Source: Felis catus
Taxonomy: Eukaryota
NCBI RefSeq assembly: GCF_018350175.1
Contig: NC_058368.1
Location: 70,558,001-70,622,000 of the forward strand
Direction of reading: 5' to 3'
DNA: 64,000 nucleotides
Position 1 is the stretch's first letter. Every line of letters starts with the position of its first letter. The notes beneath the pieces are model-generated. The model worked only from the letters and a program-made list of their open reading frames with translations, had not been told where the DNA came from and ran no database searches. The position numbers were made by a program, and so were the translations under genes. Below, one piece after another: positions 24,866 to 38,439 of this stretch.

Positions 24866-25140
24866 CTAAACTGTGAGCAGAAGTGATGCATGCTTCTCAA
24901 GCAGAAGTTCTGAGAACCACTGCACAGCTCCACCATTCCTCTGTTCCCTTTGCCATGAGAAAAGCACGTGCCAGACAGAAGCTACTCCTTCAGCAGCCCA
25001 AACCTCAGAATGAAGGGGACACATGGAGCATGGCTGTGCCGACATATAAAATGAGTGAAAAATAAATGTTTGCTGTAAGCTGCTGAAATTTGGGATGGTC
25101 TGTTCCCACAGCATAGACAGCCTAGAGAAAGACTAATACA
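24866..25140 (+). mobile_element. MaLR (MLT1-type) LTR fragment
   Basis: aataaatgtttgctgtaagctgctgaaatttggga...gactaataca terminus typical of MLT1. Confidence 0.75.
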
Positions 25141-25171
25141 GCTCTTTTCCAAGCACTTTATAAATATTATC

Positions 25172-25379
25172 TTTTTTTTGTTTAATGTTTATTTGTTTTT
25201 GAGAGAAACAGTGAGTGAGTGGTGGGAGGAGCAGAGAGAGAGGGAGACACAGAATCTGAAGCAGGCTCCAGGCTCTGAGCTATCAGCAGAGAGCCCAATG
25301 TGAGGATTGAACTCACAAACCGCGAGATCGTGACCTGAGCTGAAGTCACGCTTAACCGACTGAGCCACCCAGGCGCCCC
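25172..25379 (-). mobile_element. SINEC inserted in a MIR
   Basis: TSD tataaatattatctt / tataaatatcatctt; MIR-like sequence continues to about 25560. Confidence 0.9.
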
Positions 25380-26312
25380 TATAAATATCATCTTAATTAG
25401 CATTTATAAAAACCTGATGAAATAGGGACTGTTATCCCCATTTTATAGATGAAACAAACAAAGGCACAGAGGATTAAGTAACTTGTTAAGAATACAAGCT
25501 AATAAGTAGTGAAGACAGAGTTCAAATGCAGGTAGTCTAGCTTCAGTGTCTGTGCTCCTAAGAGGTAGATTTATATAACCACATGCAGTTTCTTCCAACT
25601 ATATCCCTCCTTTCACCCTTAGGTCCCTTCTTTTCCGAGCAAAATCTCACTCATTTAGGTCCTGACTCTGAAGCTTTTTCTGAGTCATCTTGTCTTTCAG
25701 TTTACGAATTAGACAGTATTCTTTATAATCCCAAAATAATCTATAAATAATTATTGAGTTTCAAAATTCACTATTCACAGAATTCACAAAATAGTTTCTG
25801 TGCTACGAAGCATTTCTTTGTAATGCTTTGTGACTGTCAGGGTGCTTTCAGTGTGTACTACCATACTAAGTTGTTAACACAAGCTCTGCAGTGGTGGAGA
25901 AACCAGGCTTCCCAAATGGGAAATCAAAGATTTCAGAGATGGGGCAGCTGAAGTTCTGACTGCACAACTGATGTGGGGTAGTGCCAGGACCAATGGCCAG
26001 ATGTTTTGTCCTAGTCCAGTGGGTCCAGGGCCTCCCATTGCTCCTTTCAGGGTCTCATCTATGTCAGTTTCAACCACAAGACATGCACAAAATTACTGTT
26101 AGATCCTCCCTAGACTACACCACTAACATGGGGCCCTGTTCATTGTCAGTTGTAGACATGAATCAGGAGGGAGATCCTAGATATAAAGAAATTTTAAAAG
26201 TACCCAGCAGTGCTGAAAGACACATGTCAACAACTTTCTGTAACCTTCGTTGTGAATTTTGTGGGCTTATCCCATTGGCAGCCCCTACTATCCTGATGTG
26301 AAGAACCCAGCA

Positions 26313-27655
26313 GGGGCGCCTGGGTGGCTCAGTCAGTTGAGCGTCCAACTTCGGCTCAGGTCATGATCTCACGTTTTGTCAAGCCCCACGTCAGGCTCTG
26401 GGCTGACAGCTCAGAGTCTGGAGCCTGCTTCAGATTCTGTGTCTCCCTCTCTCTCTGCCCCTCCCCCGCTCAGGCTCTGTCTCTCTCTGCCTCTCAAAAA
26501 TAAAGAAACGTAATAAAAAAAAAATTAAAAAAAAAAAAAAAGAATCCAGCCTATTGCTATACTTGTTCCTCTAGGATTAAGATATTTAACTGGTCGTCCT
26601 TATAATGGGTTAAAGGTGTAGCTCAGGGGCACCTGGGTGGCTCATTCAGTTGAGTGTCAGACTCTTTTCTGTTTTTTGTTTTTTCTTTAATGTTGATTTT
26701 TGAGAGAGAGAGACTGACAGAGCATGAGTAGGGAGGGGCAGAGAGAGAGGGAGACACAGAATCTGAAGCAGGCTCCAGGCTCCCAGCTGACAGCACAGAG
26801 CCCAGTGCAGGGCTTGAACTCCAGAACCATGAGATCATGACCTGAGCAGAATCGGACACTTGACCAACTAAGCCACCCAGGCTCCCCAGGTGTCCAGCTC
26901 TTGATATCGGCTTAGGTCATGATCTCACAGTTGTAGATCAAGCCCCACATCAGGCTCCACACTGAGCATGAGCCTACTTGGGATTCTCTCTCTCCCTCAC
27001 TTTCTGCACCTCCCTCTCAAAGAAATACTAAAAAAAAAAAAAAAAAAAAAAATTACAGCTGAAACCCCACCTTTCAACAAATAGTTCCTTGCTTTGTGTT
27101 TCTGGCATTGTCATGTACAGGAAAATGAAATTTAAAAGGCTTTGAAAAAGCTGAAAGGATAATTTAAAATATATTAACCTGGAGGCACCTGGGTGACTCA
27201 GTTGAGCATTCAACTCCTGATTTCAGCTCAGGTCATCATCTCTCGGTTCATGAGTTTGAGCCCCATAGGGGGCTCAGCACTGGCAGTGTGGAGCCTGCTT
27301 AGGATTCTCTCTCTCCCACGCTGTATGCCCCAGGCCCGCTCATGCGCGTGCTCTCTCTCTCTCTCTCTCTCTCTCCCCCCAAAAATAAATAAACTTTAAT
27401 AAATAAACATTTAAACATATATATATGTATATATATTGGGGTGCCTGGGTGGCTCAGTGGATTAAGCATCCAACTTTGACTCAGGTCATGATCTCACGGT
27501 TCGTGAGTTCGCGCCCCGCATTAGGGGCTTTGTGCTGACAGCTCGGAGACTGGAGCCTGCTTCGGATTCTGTGTCTCCCTCTCTCTCTATGCCCCTCCCC
27601 CACTCACGGTCTGTCTCTCTCTTTCAAAAAATAAACATTAAAAAAAATTAAAAAA
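26313..27655. mobile_element. Cluster of five SINECs: 26313-26540(+), 26626-27052(+) containing 26667-26887(-), 27181-27410(+), 27438-27655(+)
   Basis: SINE bodies visible; TSDs aagaacccagc / aagaatccagc and gtgtcagactctt / gtgtccagctctt. Confidence 0.9.
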
Positions 27656-28289
27656 TATATATGCATGTGTATATTTTAAATATATATATTTTAAATATGT
27701 GTGTGTATGTGTGTGCACGTGCATGTGTATAATGTAGTGCTACTGGTCAAAGGAGAAAGAAATGAAGATAAGGAGGAGGTTACCAAGAAAACACCCGTAC
27801 TTGTAAATTTTAGATGATTACTGGTAGATTATCATGTCAGTTGCAGCACAGAGCAGTTTCCCACAGAGTCTTCTCATTGTTTTCCTATCAACAGATGGAA
27901 ACTCTTCAATCACTTTTGATTATCTCTTTAAACTGTTTCTTGGTTGCTTTTTTTAAATAGAAGCGTCCAATGTTCCTTCCTTTTTGGGACTGATTGTGTT
28001 GATATTTCTCTTCTATCCTAATGATAGCCTGTGGGAAAGGACTATGGTAAAATCAATGCATGTGATTTTGAATTTATTAATTATAAACAGTGGCATAGCT
28101 TACTACCAAAAAGTTGTTAGTTCATGTTAGCTGGGAACATTTTCAATATATCAGAAGTTTTTGTTGCTGAAGATTGTTTTTAGTTTACCAACGTCCCACC
28201 TCTTATAAAATTGAAAAGAAGATTAATGTATCTAGAAATGTCTAGATCTTTCTAGATCTTCACATTCACTTTCTTATGAAAACTTCTTT

Positions 28290-30900
28290 TTCTCCAAAAC
28301 TTTTATTAAAGTGTTATTTATATACAATAAAATTCAGTTTTAAGTATAAATTTTGGTGAATTTTGGTAATTGTATACAGCGGTGTAACAATCAAGATAAT
28401 TATATATGGTCAGGTAACCAACACTACCATCAAGGTAGAAAACAGCCCCCTTACCTTGATCATTTTTTCATTTCTTTTGCTTTTGCTCTCTGTCCTCTTA
28501 CCAACTGCCATGCCCAGGTAACCACTCATATTCTTTATGTCATTTTAGTTTTGCCTTTTCTAAAATTTCATATAATTGGAATTGTACAGTGTGAACTCTT
28601 TTGTATTTTACTTCTTTCAGGTAACGTGATGTTTTTAAGATTGGTCTTATTACTCTCAGTCCTTGTTACTGTATTAACCTGTGGTATGGTTGTACCACAG
28701 TTTGTCCATTCACCAGTTGATAGACATTTGGATTGCTTCCAGGTTTGAGTTGTTAGGAATAATGCTGTGTTGGACATGTTTCCACTTCTCTTGAGTGAAT
28801 ATCTGGGAGGAGAATTGCTGAGTCATGTGATAAATGTATGTTAAACATTATAAAGTAGTACAATATGATTTACCGTGGCTGTCTGTTGTCCATTTCCACC
28901 ATCAATACGTGAGAGTTCCAGTTGCTCCACATCCTTGCTAGCACTTGGTTTTGTCAGCTGTTTTAACTTTAGCCATTCTAGTTGGCATATAGTGATACCT
29001 TGGGTTTTAATTTTCATTTCTCTAATGACTAATGGTTTGAACATCTTCTGCCTGCTGGCCATTTGTGTATCTTCCTTTGTGGGGTATCTGTTCAAATATT
29101 TTACACACTTTTTCATTGGGTTACATTTGTCTTCTAATAGTTAAAAGGATTCTTTTTATATTCTGGACATAAGCCCTTTGTTGGATATATTTTGTAAAAA
29201 TTTTATCCCAGTCTGTGGCTTGCCTCTTTGTTTCCTGAATTATGTCTTTCAGTGAGCAAAAGTTTTTAATCTTGATTTAATTCAGTGTTTCAATTTTTAA
29301 AATAGTTTGAGCCTTTGGTGCCTTATTTAAGAAATCTGTGCTAATCCAATTCCACAAAGATTTTTATTCGATATTTTCTTCTAGAATTTATACTTTCTGC
29401 TGTTGCATTTAGGTTTGTGATCCCATTTGAGTGATATTCTTGTGAAGTAAGAGCTGAGGTATATTTTCTTCCATACAGTTATCTAGTATCATTCCATCAC
29501 CATTTGTTGAAGAGACTCTTTGCTCCTTTGCATTACCTTGGCACCTTTGTTGAAAATCAGTTAACCAGTGTGGGTCTCTTTCTTGAGTTTCTTTTCTGTC
29601 CCAGTGATTTATATGCATATCTTAACGCCAATACTGTCATATGTCATAGTACCATACTGTCTTGAGTAATTTTGCTTTATGTTAAGTTGAAAGCACACAA
29701 TGTCGGTCTTCCAATGTTGTTCTTTTTCAAAACTTGTTTAGCTATTTTTGGAATGTTTACTTTCCATATGCATTTTTAAATCAGCTTATAATTTCTTTAA
29801 AAAAAAAGTAGTTAAGATTTTGTTTGAGATTTCACTGAAACTATAGATTAGTTGGGGAGAATTGCCATTGAGATTATTTGAAAATGTGCCCACAAATCCT
29901 TTCAGAATTCAAGAAATGGAGTTTAATTCCCCTCTCCTAGAGTGTGGCCTGTACTTAACAGTTCACTATGGCAGAAATGATGGTGTGTGACTCCAAAGAA
30001 CAGGTCATAAAAGACACAGATGCTTCTGTCTTGCTCCCTCAGATTATTTGCTCTGGGGGAAGCCAGCTGCCATGTCCCAAGGACACTGAAGCAGCAATAT
30101 GGACAGGTCCACATGGCAAAGAACTGTCGCCTCCTGCCAGCAATCAGCACTAACTTGCCAGTTGTGTTTTTGAGCTACCATGGAAGCTGATCCTTCATGT
30201 CCAGTCATCATATGAGCACAGGTAGTCTAACATCTTAACTACAGCCTTGTGAGAGATCTTGAACCACAGTCACCTAATGAATCTGCCCTCAGATTTCTGA
30301 CCCATATATACTGTGTGTATAATGACTGCTTATTGTTTTTAAGCCACTAAGTTTTGGGCAATTTGTTATTCAGCAATAAATAACTAATATAAGCATTTCA
30401 ACAATATTGGGTCTTCCAATCCATGAATATGGTATATTTCTACATTTATTTAGCAAGCCTTTAAGTCCCCATTACAGTTTTTAAATTTTCAGTATATATA
30501 GGCCCTGCACTTCTTTTAGTAAATGTATTCCTAAGTATTTGTGGGTTTTGATACTATTTTAAATGGAGTTGTTTTTATAACTTCTTTTCTAATTATTTCT
30601 TGCTGGTATATAGAAATGCAATTGATTTCTATATATTGCTATTGTATCCTGCAGTTTTGCTAAATTTATTATTTCTGGTAGCTTTTCAATGGATTCCTTA
30701 GAGTTTTCTACATACATGATCATGTCATTAAGAAATACATTTTGTTTATATGTTTTACTTCTTCCTTTCCATTCTATGCCTATTTTTTCTTACTGCATTA
30801 GCTAAGACCTCTGATACAGTGTTAAATAAAAGTGGTGAATGGATGTCCTTGTCTTGTTCTTGCCTTAGAAAGCATTGGGTTTTTCACCATTGAGTCTATA
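28290..30900 (-). mobile_element. Old mammalian L1 (L1M-type) 3' region, interrupted by an MLT1 LTR
   Basis: Minus-strand ORF2 remnants (TWKQSKCLSTGEW, LVIREMKIKT) and T-rich L1 3' UTR. Confidence 0.85.
29869..30391 (+). mobile_element. MaLR MLT1-type solo LTR nested in the L1
   Basis: ctctgggggaagccagctgccatgt and aagccactaagttttgggcaatttgttattcagcaataaataactaata. The L1 is continuous across it (ggagaattgccat...ttcaacaatattgggtcttccaatcc). Confidence 0.85.
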
Positions 30901-31129
30901 TCTGTAAACGCATAATTCGTCCTACATCTTCACATTCATTTTTAGTTTATTTAGGAAACAAGTTTCAATATAAGTCTGTTTTCTCTTTATTTTCTTAAAT
31001 CAGTTTATGAAAGTGAATGTAATTTTAAAGGGGGATGATGTCCTTGTTAAAAGGAGTATTGAAAGGGATTTACGTTAATACACCTGATTAAGCTTTTCCC
31101 ACGTGCTGAAGACGCTCATCTCCTGACAT

Positions 31130-31470
31130 ACTTTTTCCTTAGTAGCAGAACCTTCACCTCATTTGGGGCAATATTGCCTCCAACTAAATAAAATATCACA
31201 TTTCCCAGTTTCCATTGCGTCTGGGTATCGCCATCACATTAAATCCTGGCATCCTGGCCAGTGAGCTGTAAACCCACATGTTGGTGGGACTTCTGGAAAG
31301 GCTCCTTAAAGTAGCGTTTGTTCTTCTGTCCTCCCTCATTTTCTTCCCTCTGCTGCCTGGAATGCAGTTAAGTTAGTTAGAGCTTTTATAACATGAAGGA
31401 GAATAAACTTCTGTATATCAGCATTGTTATTTGTGGTTTTCCAAAAGGAGAAGTTTAGAGCAGCCTCCTA
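31130..31470 (+). mobile_element. Degenerate MLT1-type LTR
   Basis: acatttcccagtttccattgc...gggacttctggaaaggctcctt...gctgcctggaatgcag motifs. Confidence 0.6.
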
Positions 31471-31495
31471 AGACAGTTTATTTAGAAACAATCTG

Positions 31496-31990
31496 TGGAG
31501 CACCTGGGTGACTCAGTCAGTTGAGCATCCAACTCTTGATTTTGGCTTGGGTCACGATCCCAGAGTTGTCGGATCGAGCCCTGCGTTGTGCTCCATGCTG
31601 AGGGTGGAGCCTGCTTGGGATTCTTTCTCTCCCTCTGTCCCTTTCCCCTCTTTCCTCAAAACAAAGAACAGAAAAGAAAAATTCGTGATCAATCTAATTC
31701 CATCCCTTTTCCAGTTTAACTTCCCAAGAATCAGGATACCCAGTGCTTTAATCAGATACTTGAAAGTGATATTAGGGGCACCTGGGTGGCTTGGTTGGTT
31801 AAGCATCCGACTTCGGCTCAGGTCATGATCTCACGGTCCGTGAGTTCGAGCCCCATGTCGGGCTCTGTGCTGACCACTCAGAGCCTGGAGCCTGTTTCAG
31901 ATTCTGTGTCTCCCTCTCTCTCTGCCCCTCCCGTGTTCATGCTCTGTCTCTCTCTGTCTCAAAAATAAATAAACGTTTAAAAAAAAATTT
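31496..31990 (+). mobile_element. Two SINECs (about 31496-31680 and 31774-31990)
   Basis: SINE bodies; second copy has TSD aagtgatatta. Confidence 0.9.
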
Positions 31991-33476
31991 TAAGTGATAT
32001 TAAAAGAGAGGAAAGCTACAAGAAGTTCATCTGAATCATTTTTGCACTTGACAAAGAGCAAGATTGCAAGACTCTTTCAATAAGTGCGAAAGTCCCATGA
32101 TTCTGTTATGAAAAGAATAATCATTTCATAATTAATCACAAATGGCAGAAATAACTTTAGGCAATTCTAATTTGCATACATATTCTTTATTCTTTGGGTT
32201 AAAAAAAAGTAATTCCAAAGTTTCCTCCTTTGTTTCTTTTAATGAAGAAAGGGAATAGGTAGATGTAAGTTCTGTTAAGAGAAAAGATTTTCTTTGTTTT
32301 GCTCCCTGCTGTATCCCAGCATTTAGAACACAGCCTGGCACATTGTAAATGTTAAGTATGTGTTGAGAGAATAAATGCTGGATGAAAAGCCTCAGTCAGT
32401 CTGGTTTCTTTAGGACCTGAGTGCATATGAAGTCCGTATGACAGGGTCCCGGTGCCAAGGGATGTTTGTTCCCTTGGTTTGTCCCTGTCTTGTGAATGCA
32501 GCGCTTTCTCCTCAGAAGAGCAGCTCCTGGTGTTTATCCTATTGTCCCATTAGAGGATAGGTTTCTGAATGTTGGAACCATGGCTCACAGGACCCCAAGG
32601 TGCAGTTTGCTGTGTAAGTTTCTGTTCAGCCACAGCTGCCTGCAGAAAGAGATCATTAAACACCTGGGTGGGTGTCCTTGCCCAGTCATGGTTTCTCACC
32701 TTTGTCGGCTGTGGTTTCATGGTAATATTGAGCAGGACCAGAGGACACTTGAGGCTTACTGTCTATGATCAAGAGGGTTTCACCTACTGTATGCCCGGCA
32801 ACTTAAATTCTTTATTTGCCCGATGAGCATTATTTCATGGTTCCCTTTCCAAAAGGACTACTAACCTGAAAAATCAGCATAAGTGTAATTGATGCCCATG
32901 TTTACTAATGGCCTAAAAGAAAAGCATTGCCTGAGTTTTACATTCTCAGTTAGATTTATGAGGTAATAGCTTCTGTTAGCTTATGGGGAGCTCCTAAGCA
33001 CTAATCCAGGGCTGTGGCCTGGCTCTTTGGTCTGTGCTTTCAACTGCACGTGACCTAGAATGCTCTCCTGACCTCTGGGTTTCTTTTCCTGGGCCAGGAT
33101 TCCTGATTCCTGCGGCTTGAATGCTCTGATTCTGGCTCTAGCTGGCCTTCCCAGGACCAAGCCACTTGTTCCATATCTGGTCATCCTGGACCTCAGTCCC
33201 AGCCTTCCCGAGACCAGTGCTACTGCTTTGTCCCTTGTCATTGGGCCTGTCAGCTTGATCTTGGGCTTCCCGCTCTGAGGGCCTAACCGGAGCCCCTCTG
33301 TTAGTGTTTCCCCTGGCCTCTCGACATGCAAATTTGAGCATCTGGTCTATTTTTAAAGCCTCTTTGTCTTTTCCCCCCCCACAAACTGTGTGTTTCGAGA
33401 AAACTCTCATTCAGAAGTCCCAGTACATGATAGGTTTATGCGATTATGAAAGTTAAAGTTAAAAGTAATGTGTAAA

Positions 33477-33676
33477 GGGGCGCCTGGGTGGCTCAGTTGG
33501 TGTCCAACTTCAGCTCAGGTCATGATCTCACAGTTCGTGGGTTCAAGCCCTACATCGGGCTCTGTGCTGTCAGCTCAGAGCCTGGAGCCTGCTTCGGATC
33601 CTCTGCCCCCCTCTCTCTCTGCCCCTCTTGTGCTTGAGTGCCCACACTCTCTCTCAAAATAAGTAAACATTAAAAA
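33477..33676 (+). mobile_element. SINEC
   Basis: Full-length body; TSD aaaagtaatgt. Confidence 0.9.
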
Positions 33677-34449
33677 AAGTAATGTCTAAATGTGGTGTAA
33701 TAATAATACGCTCTGAAAGCTCTTGGTAGTAATGAGGTATATAACTTAGGGAGAATTTAATGCAGGCGTTCTTACCTTCCCCATCTTGTCGTAGAAAAGG
33801 GCGGTGATTATCAAATATTAATAGGAAACTAAACTGCCTGAGCTCTTCATATTTTAATCCTTTGTGAATAGCTAAAACATTTATGAATAGCATTTTATTT
33901 ATTTGACAACTTGAGGTCATACTGGTGTACCAGAGGCATAGACAGGTGAATCTAAAATAACGTATTTATTTTTGTAGAGCCATTCTCTCAGCAAATACTT
34001 AAAGGATTCTTACTATGTGCCAGACACTGTTCTAGGTGCAGTGGTCAAACGGATCAAAACCAACCACATTTCTTCCTCTTCCAGAGCACACATTCAAATA
34101 GAAAGCGAACCCTTCCGATGAAATTTAAGCAAATGAGCACAAAAGCCCTGTTTTATCCCTGCCAGAATTTACAGTAGTATACTTATTTATTAATGGGTTA
34201 TAAATTATCCTAATTGTTCACAGGATGGTCCTACTAAAGCTGAACACACAATTTTGGTGAGTGTATCCATGATGGTGGGGGGCAGGCATTGACATGGGCA
34301 AGAGAGTGAAAATCTTTAGCTTTTGTCAGTTCCTTGAAAGAATCGATTACTCCCCTACTCTGCAAATTAAGAACCTCTGCTAAATTGTGATCTCTTTAAA
34401 TAGAGGCAAAAGCTGTGGATTTTTATTATTTTACCTAATTTCTGTAAAA

Positions 34450-35200
34450 AACATGATTACATAAAGCAAAAATGACACCATATTGATAGTATGAAGTATA
34501 TAGGTGTACTATATAAGACAAAAAGTGGCATTGGATAGGGGTGATGTTAAGTGGGACTAAACTCTTGCAAGTTTCCTATATTTTACTTGAAGTAATTCAA
34601 TATTAACTCTAAGCACATTGTGGTAAGTTAAAGATGGATTCTGTAAGATCCCTATAGCAAACACAAGAAAAATATGCAGTGAGATATTGCTAAAAATAAA
34701 TAAATTAATTAAAATGAAGTACTAAAAACTATTGTTTTAGCACAAAAGAAAAATAGGAAAAGAGAAACAACAAAAAACAGATGAGACAAATAGAAACCAA
34801 ATAGCAAAATCCAACTTTATATCAAAGTAAGTACATTAAGTATGAAGAGCTCAACACTCTAATCAAAAGGCAGAAATGGTCAGACTGGAATTAAAAGTCA
34901 GAAACTGCTATATACAACCTACAGAACACACTGTAAACACACACACACACAAAGGCTGAAAGTCAAATGATAAAGAAAGATATATCATGGAAACAGAAAG
35001 CTGAAATGCCACATTCATATCAGACAAAGTAGGTTGCTATAGGAGTATTACTAAAAACAAAAAGGGACACTTTGTTATGATAAGGGTCAATTATAAGTAT
35101 ATGTGTGCCTAATAATAGTTTCCAAATACATAGAAGACATTAAAAGGGAAATAAAGGGAGAAATAAACAAACTCACAATCATGGTTGAGGCTCTGAATCG
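34450..35200 (+). mobile_element. Old L1 fragment (inter-ORF region / ORF2 endonuclease start)
   Basis: A-rich; ctcaacactctaatcaaaaggcagaaatggtcagactgga, atatcagacaaagtagg and tatgtgcctaataata are L1 endonuclease-region remnants. Confidence 0.75.
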
Positions 35201-35399
35201 AAAAAGCAAACATTTTAAATTTTTTATTTAATTCAAATCTTACGTTCTAATTTGGTCAATTATTTTCCTATTTTGTTATGTTTATAACATCACATTGCTA
35301 TCTTCAGCAAAATCAATGCAATACAGCCCCATTTTCTGTTTTCCTTCCTACCCAGATCTTTAGAAAAGGCATTTCTAATTCCTTGCCTCCAATCCATTA

Positions 35400-36849
35400 T
35401 ATGTTTTTGCCATAACACTTCCTATCTCTTTCCTTGCCACTCTCCGTGGTTCTGTACTTACTATTTGTGTCCATAAATAGTCTATACTATTATTTTGTGT
35501 TTTGAAATCATGGGGAAAGATGGCTACAATGTATGATACATTTAAAAAATATATTAAGGGGAGTCTGGGTTGCTCAGTTGGTTAAGCATCCGACTTTGGC
35601 TCGGGTCATGATCTCACGGTTCATGGTTCAAGCCTCACGTCAAGCGGCGTGCTGACAGCTCAGAGCCCAGAGCCTGCTTCCGGTTCTGTGTCTCACTTTC
35701 TCTCTGCCCCTCCCCTGCTCACACGCTTTCTCTTTTTCTCAAAAGTAAATAAATATTAAAATTAATTAATTAATTTAAAGAATAAATTAAATAAAAAATA
35801 TATGAACACACATACACCCAATTTATTTTAACTGCTGTTTAGTGATCCCTTGGATGAATAAGCCGGTCTTTTACCATTCATCTCCTGGAGACACTTTGTT
35901 TCATTTCCTAACTGTTAAATACAGCACTGCAGTAGAGCATTCCCTGAGGCAAGCCTTCAGCTCAGCTCAGGTCTGGTCACAGCCACATTGCTCTCCAGAA
36001 AGCTTGAACCACCATTTTACTTGTCCTCAGGACTGTGAGGGTTGTCAGGTCTCCTCATCCTCACCAAAACTTGATCCCAGATTTTTCCCATTTTTTCCAA
36101 ATTATTATAATAGTTAACATTGCATTTCCCTAAAAACAAGTGAGAATAAAATCTTTTCATGTGTTTGTTGCCCTTTTGAACTTCCTCTTCTGAAATTGCC
36201 TGTTCACTTGCTTTTTAAGTTTGGTTGATTGTCTTTTTCTGATAAATTATATGTATAGAGACTCTTTATTTTGAATACTACCTTTGTTGATTGACTTCGA
36301 GGATTCTGAGTACTTTCCTTAGGCTCTTACTTGTCCCTTCACTTCATTTATGGTGACTTTTGGCACACTGTAGCTTTTGAATTGTAAACTAAATAAATGT
36401 ATGTTTTCTTTTATAGTTTGTGCTCTCTGATCCATATTTAAAAATCCTTCCCCATCCCAGTGTCAAAAAGATGTGCCTTCCATATTTTGTGCAGAGAGAT
36501 TTAAAGTACGGTGAATTACCTGTTTCCTTAATGCATTGGGAGTTGATGCATGGTGTTGGAGAGAGGGTGTCTGTTTTGTCTTTATCCCCGTGTTGAGCTC
36601 AGCTGGTCTTTCCCTCCACTTACCCTTTCCTGCTGTGTACCACATGCCCTTACCATAAGGGACTCCAGAGTCCCCTTCTATGCTCTTGTTCCTTAGGTAG
36701 ATTGAGTAGCTCTGCATAAAGACCACATTATTTTAGTTATTCCACCTTTATATCAGATCTTAAAATCTGATAAGCTTTATTATGTCTCTTTAAAATTACT
36801 TTGGCCATTCTGGATCCTTTCTTTTTTATTTTAAAATATGTTTATTATG

Positions 36850-36916
<67 letters not shown>

Positions 36917-37860
36917 ACTAAATGTGCCTAAATCATAAATGTCATGAAACCAACAAATCAGTGTAAAGTGAACACACTTGAGACCCATGCATGCTGGAGT
37001 CCTACCAGCCTCTGAAGCCTCTTGGTGCCCCTCCCTCCTGTGACTCCTCTCCTAGGACATATGGTCATCACCCTCATGCTCCCTTCCTGGTTTCCCCACT
37101 TTATTTATATATAGTTCAGATCAATCCATTTACAAAAGTGGAATCATATAATGTATACATTTTTTTGTCTGCATTGTTTCTCCCAACATTATGTTTTTAA
37201 CACTTAACCTTTAAATATTCCAAATGCATTTTAGAGTTGTCATTTAAGTTCCAACAAAAAACCCTAGTAAGATTTTGGGGACACTTGGGTGGCTCAGTCA
37301 GTTAAGCATCTGACTCTTGATTTCGGCTGAGGTCGTGATCTCACGGTTTGTGTGATCGAGCCCCACGTGGGGCACCACGTGCTTAACAGCAAGGAGCCTG
37401 CTTGGGATGCTCTCTCTCCCTCTCTGCCCTTCCCTCCTCATGCTGCTCTTTCAGTGTCTCAAAATCAATAAATAAACTTAAAAAAAAAGATTTTATTTCA
37501 AACTATATTGAATTTATATCTTAATTTGGTGAAAATTAGTATATTAACAATTTGGTAAATTCCTATTCATGGATATGATGCCTTTATTTATTACTAGAGT
37601 TTTTTTTTTATGTGCCTTTTTATAGTTTTTTAGTTTTCTTTATAACGGTTTGCTGTTCTGCAGAGAGTTCATTGTTTCTCCTTTCTAGGCTGTCTATATT
37701 TTATCTCCAGTTATTTTTAAGGACTTCTTTCTTTGTTTCACTACAGTGAATCTAGATATCAATTTCTTTTTGTTGTCCTTTCTTGGACATTTCCAATCTG
37801 AGATTTATATTCTTTATTAATTCTGGAAAACTTTTAACTATTATCTCTTGAAGTAGAGTC
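35400..37860 (-). mobile_element. Degenerate old L1 fragments with SINECs at about 35557-35800(+) and 37277-37490(+), and (TA)n at 36849-36911
   Basis: T-rich L1 3' motifs (cttttcatgtgtttgttgccc, ttgcctgttca); SINE bodies visible. Confidence 0.65.
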
Positions 37861-38439
37861 CCCCTCTCCCTGCACCCGCTCTATTGTCTTCTTCTGGGCC
37901 CTCTGTGAGGGCCTGTCTCCTCTGTGTGGAATCTCATGGGTAGAACCCCAGGCCTCCCCTCTGGGCTTGCTCTGCCCACTTTAGAGCCTCTTTGATTCGT
38001 GCCCCACAGAGCTCTTGCCTTCTCCCTGTGGAGGAGAGTAGGCACGAGCCACACTGAGGTGGCGGGGCGGGGGGGGGGGGGGGGGTAGGTGTGGCATGCA
38101 CCATGCTGGGTAGGGGCAGGAGGCCAGACCGCTTCTCCCACAGAGTGAAGTAGTGCCCCATTTCACCCCCGCCTGCCTCTGATCCCTGAGCCTGTCTGAG
38201 CTCTGAACCACCTTGCCAGCATTTGGATTTACCTTTTCTCCCCATATGCCAAGGTACTTTATAATTCCTCAATGTGTTTTCCGTGTGGTTTAGTGTAGTT
38301 CAGGATTACAGATGCTTTCTAGTTTCGCTGAATGTGGAATTTGTTTTCATTTTCTATGTTGTTCTGTACCGTTGTTGAGAAAAGTGACATGGAAATTATT
38401 TGAAACCAAAGCTCCTCTACCTTCACTCTTCCCTCTACT

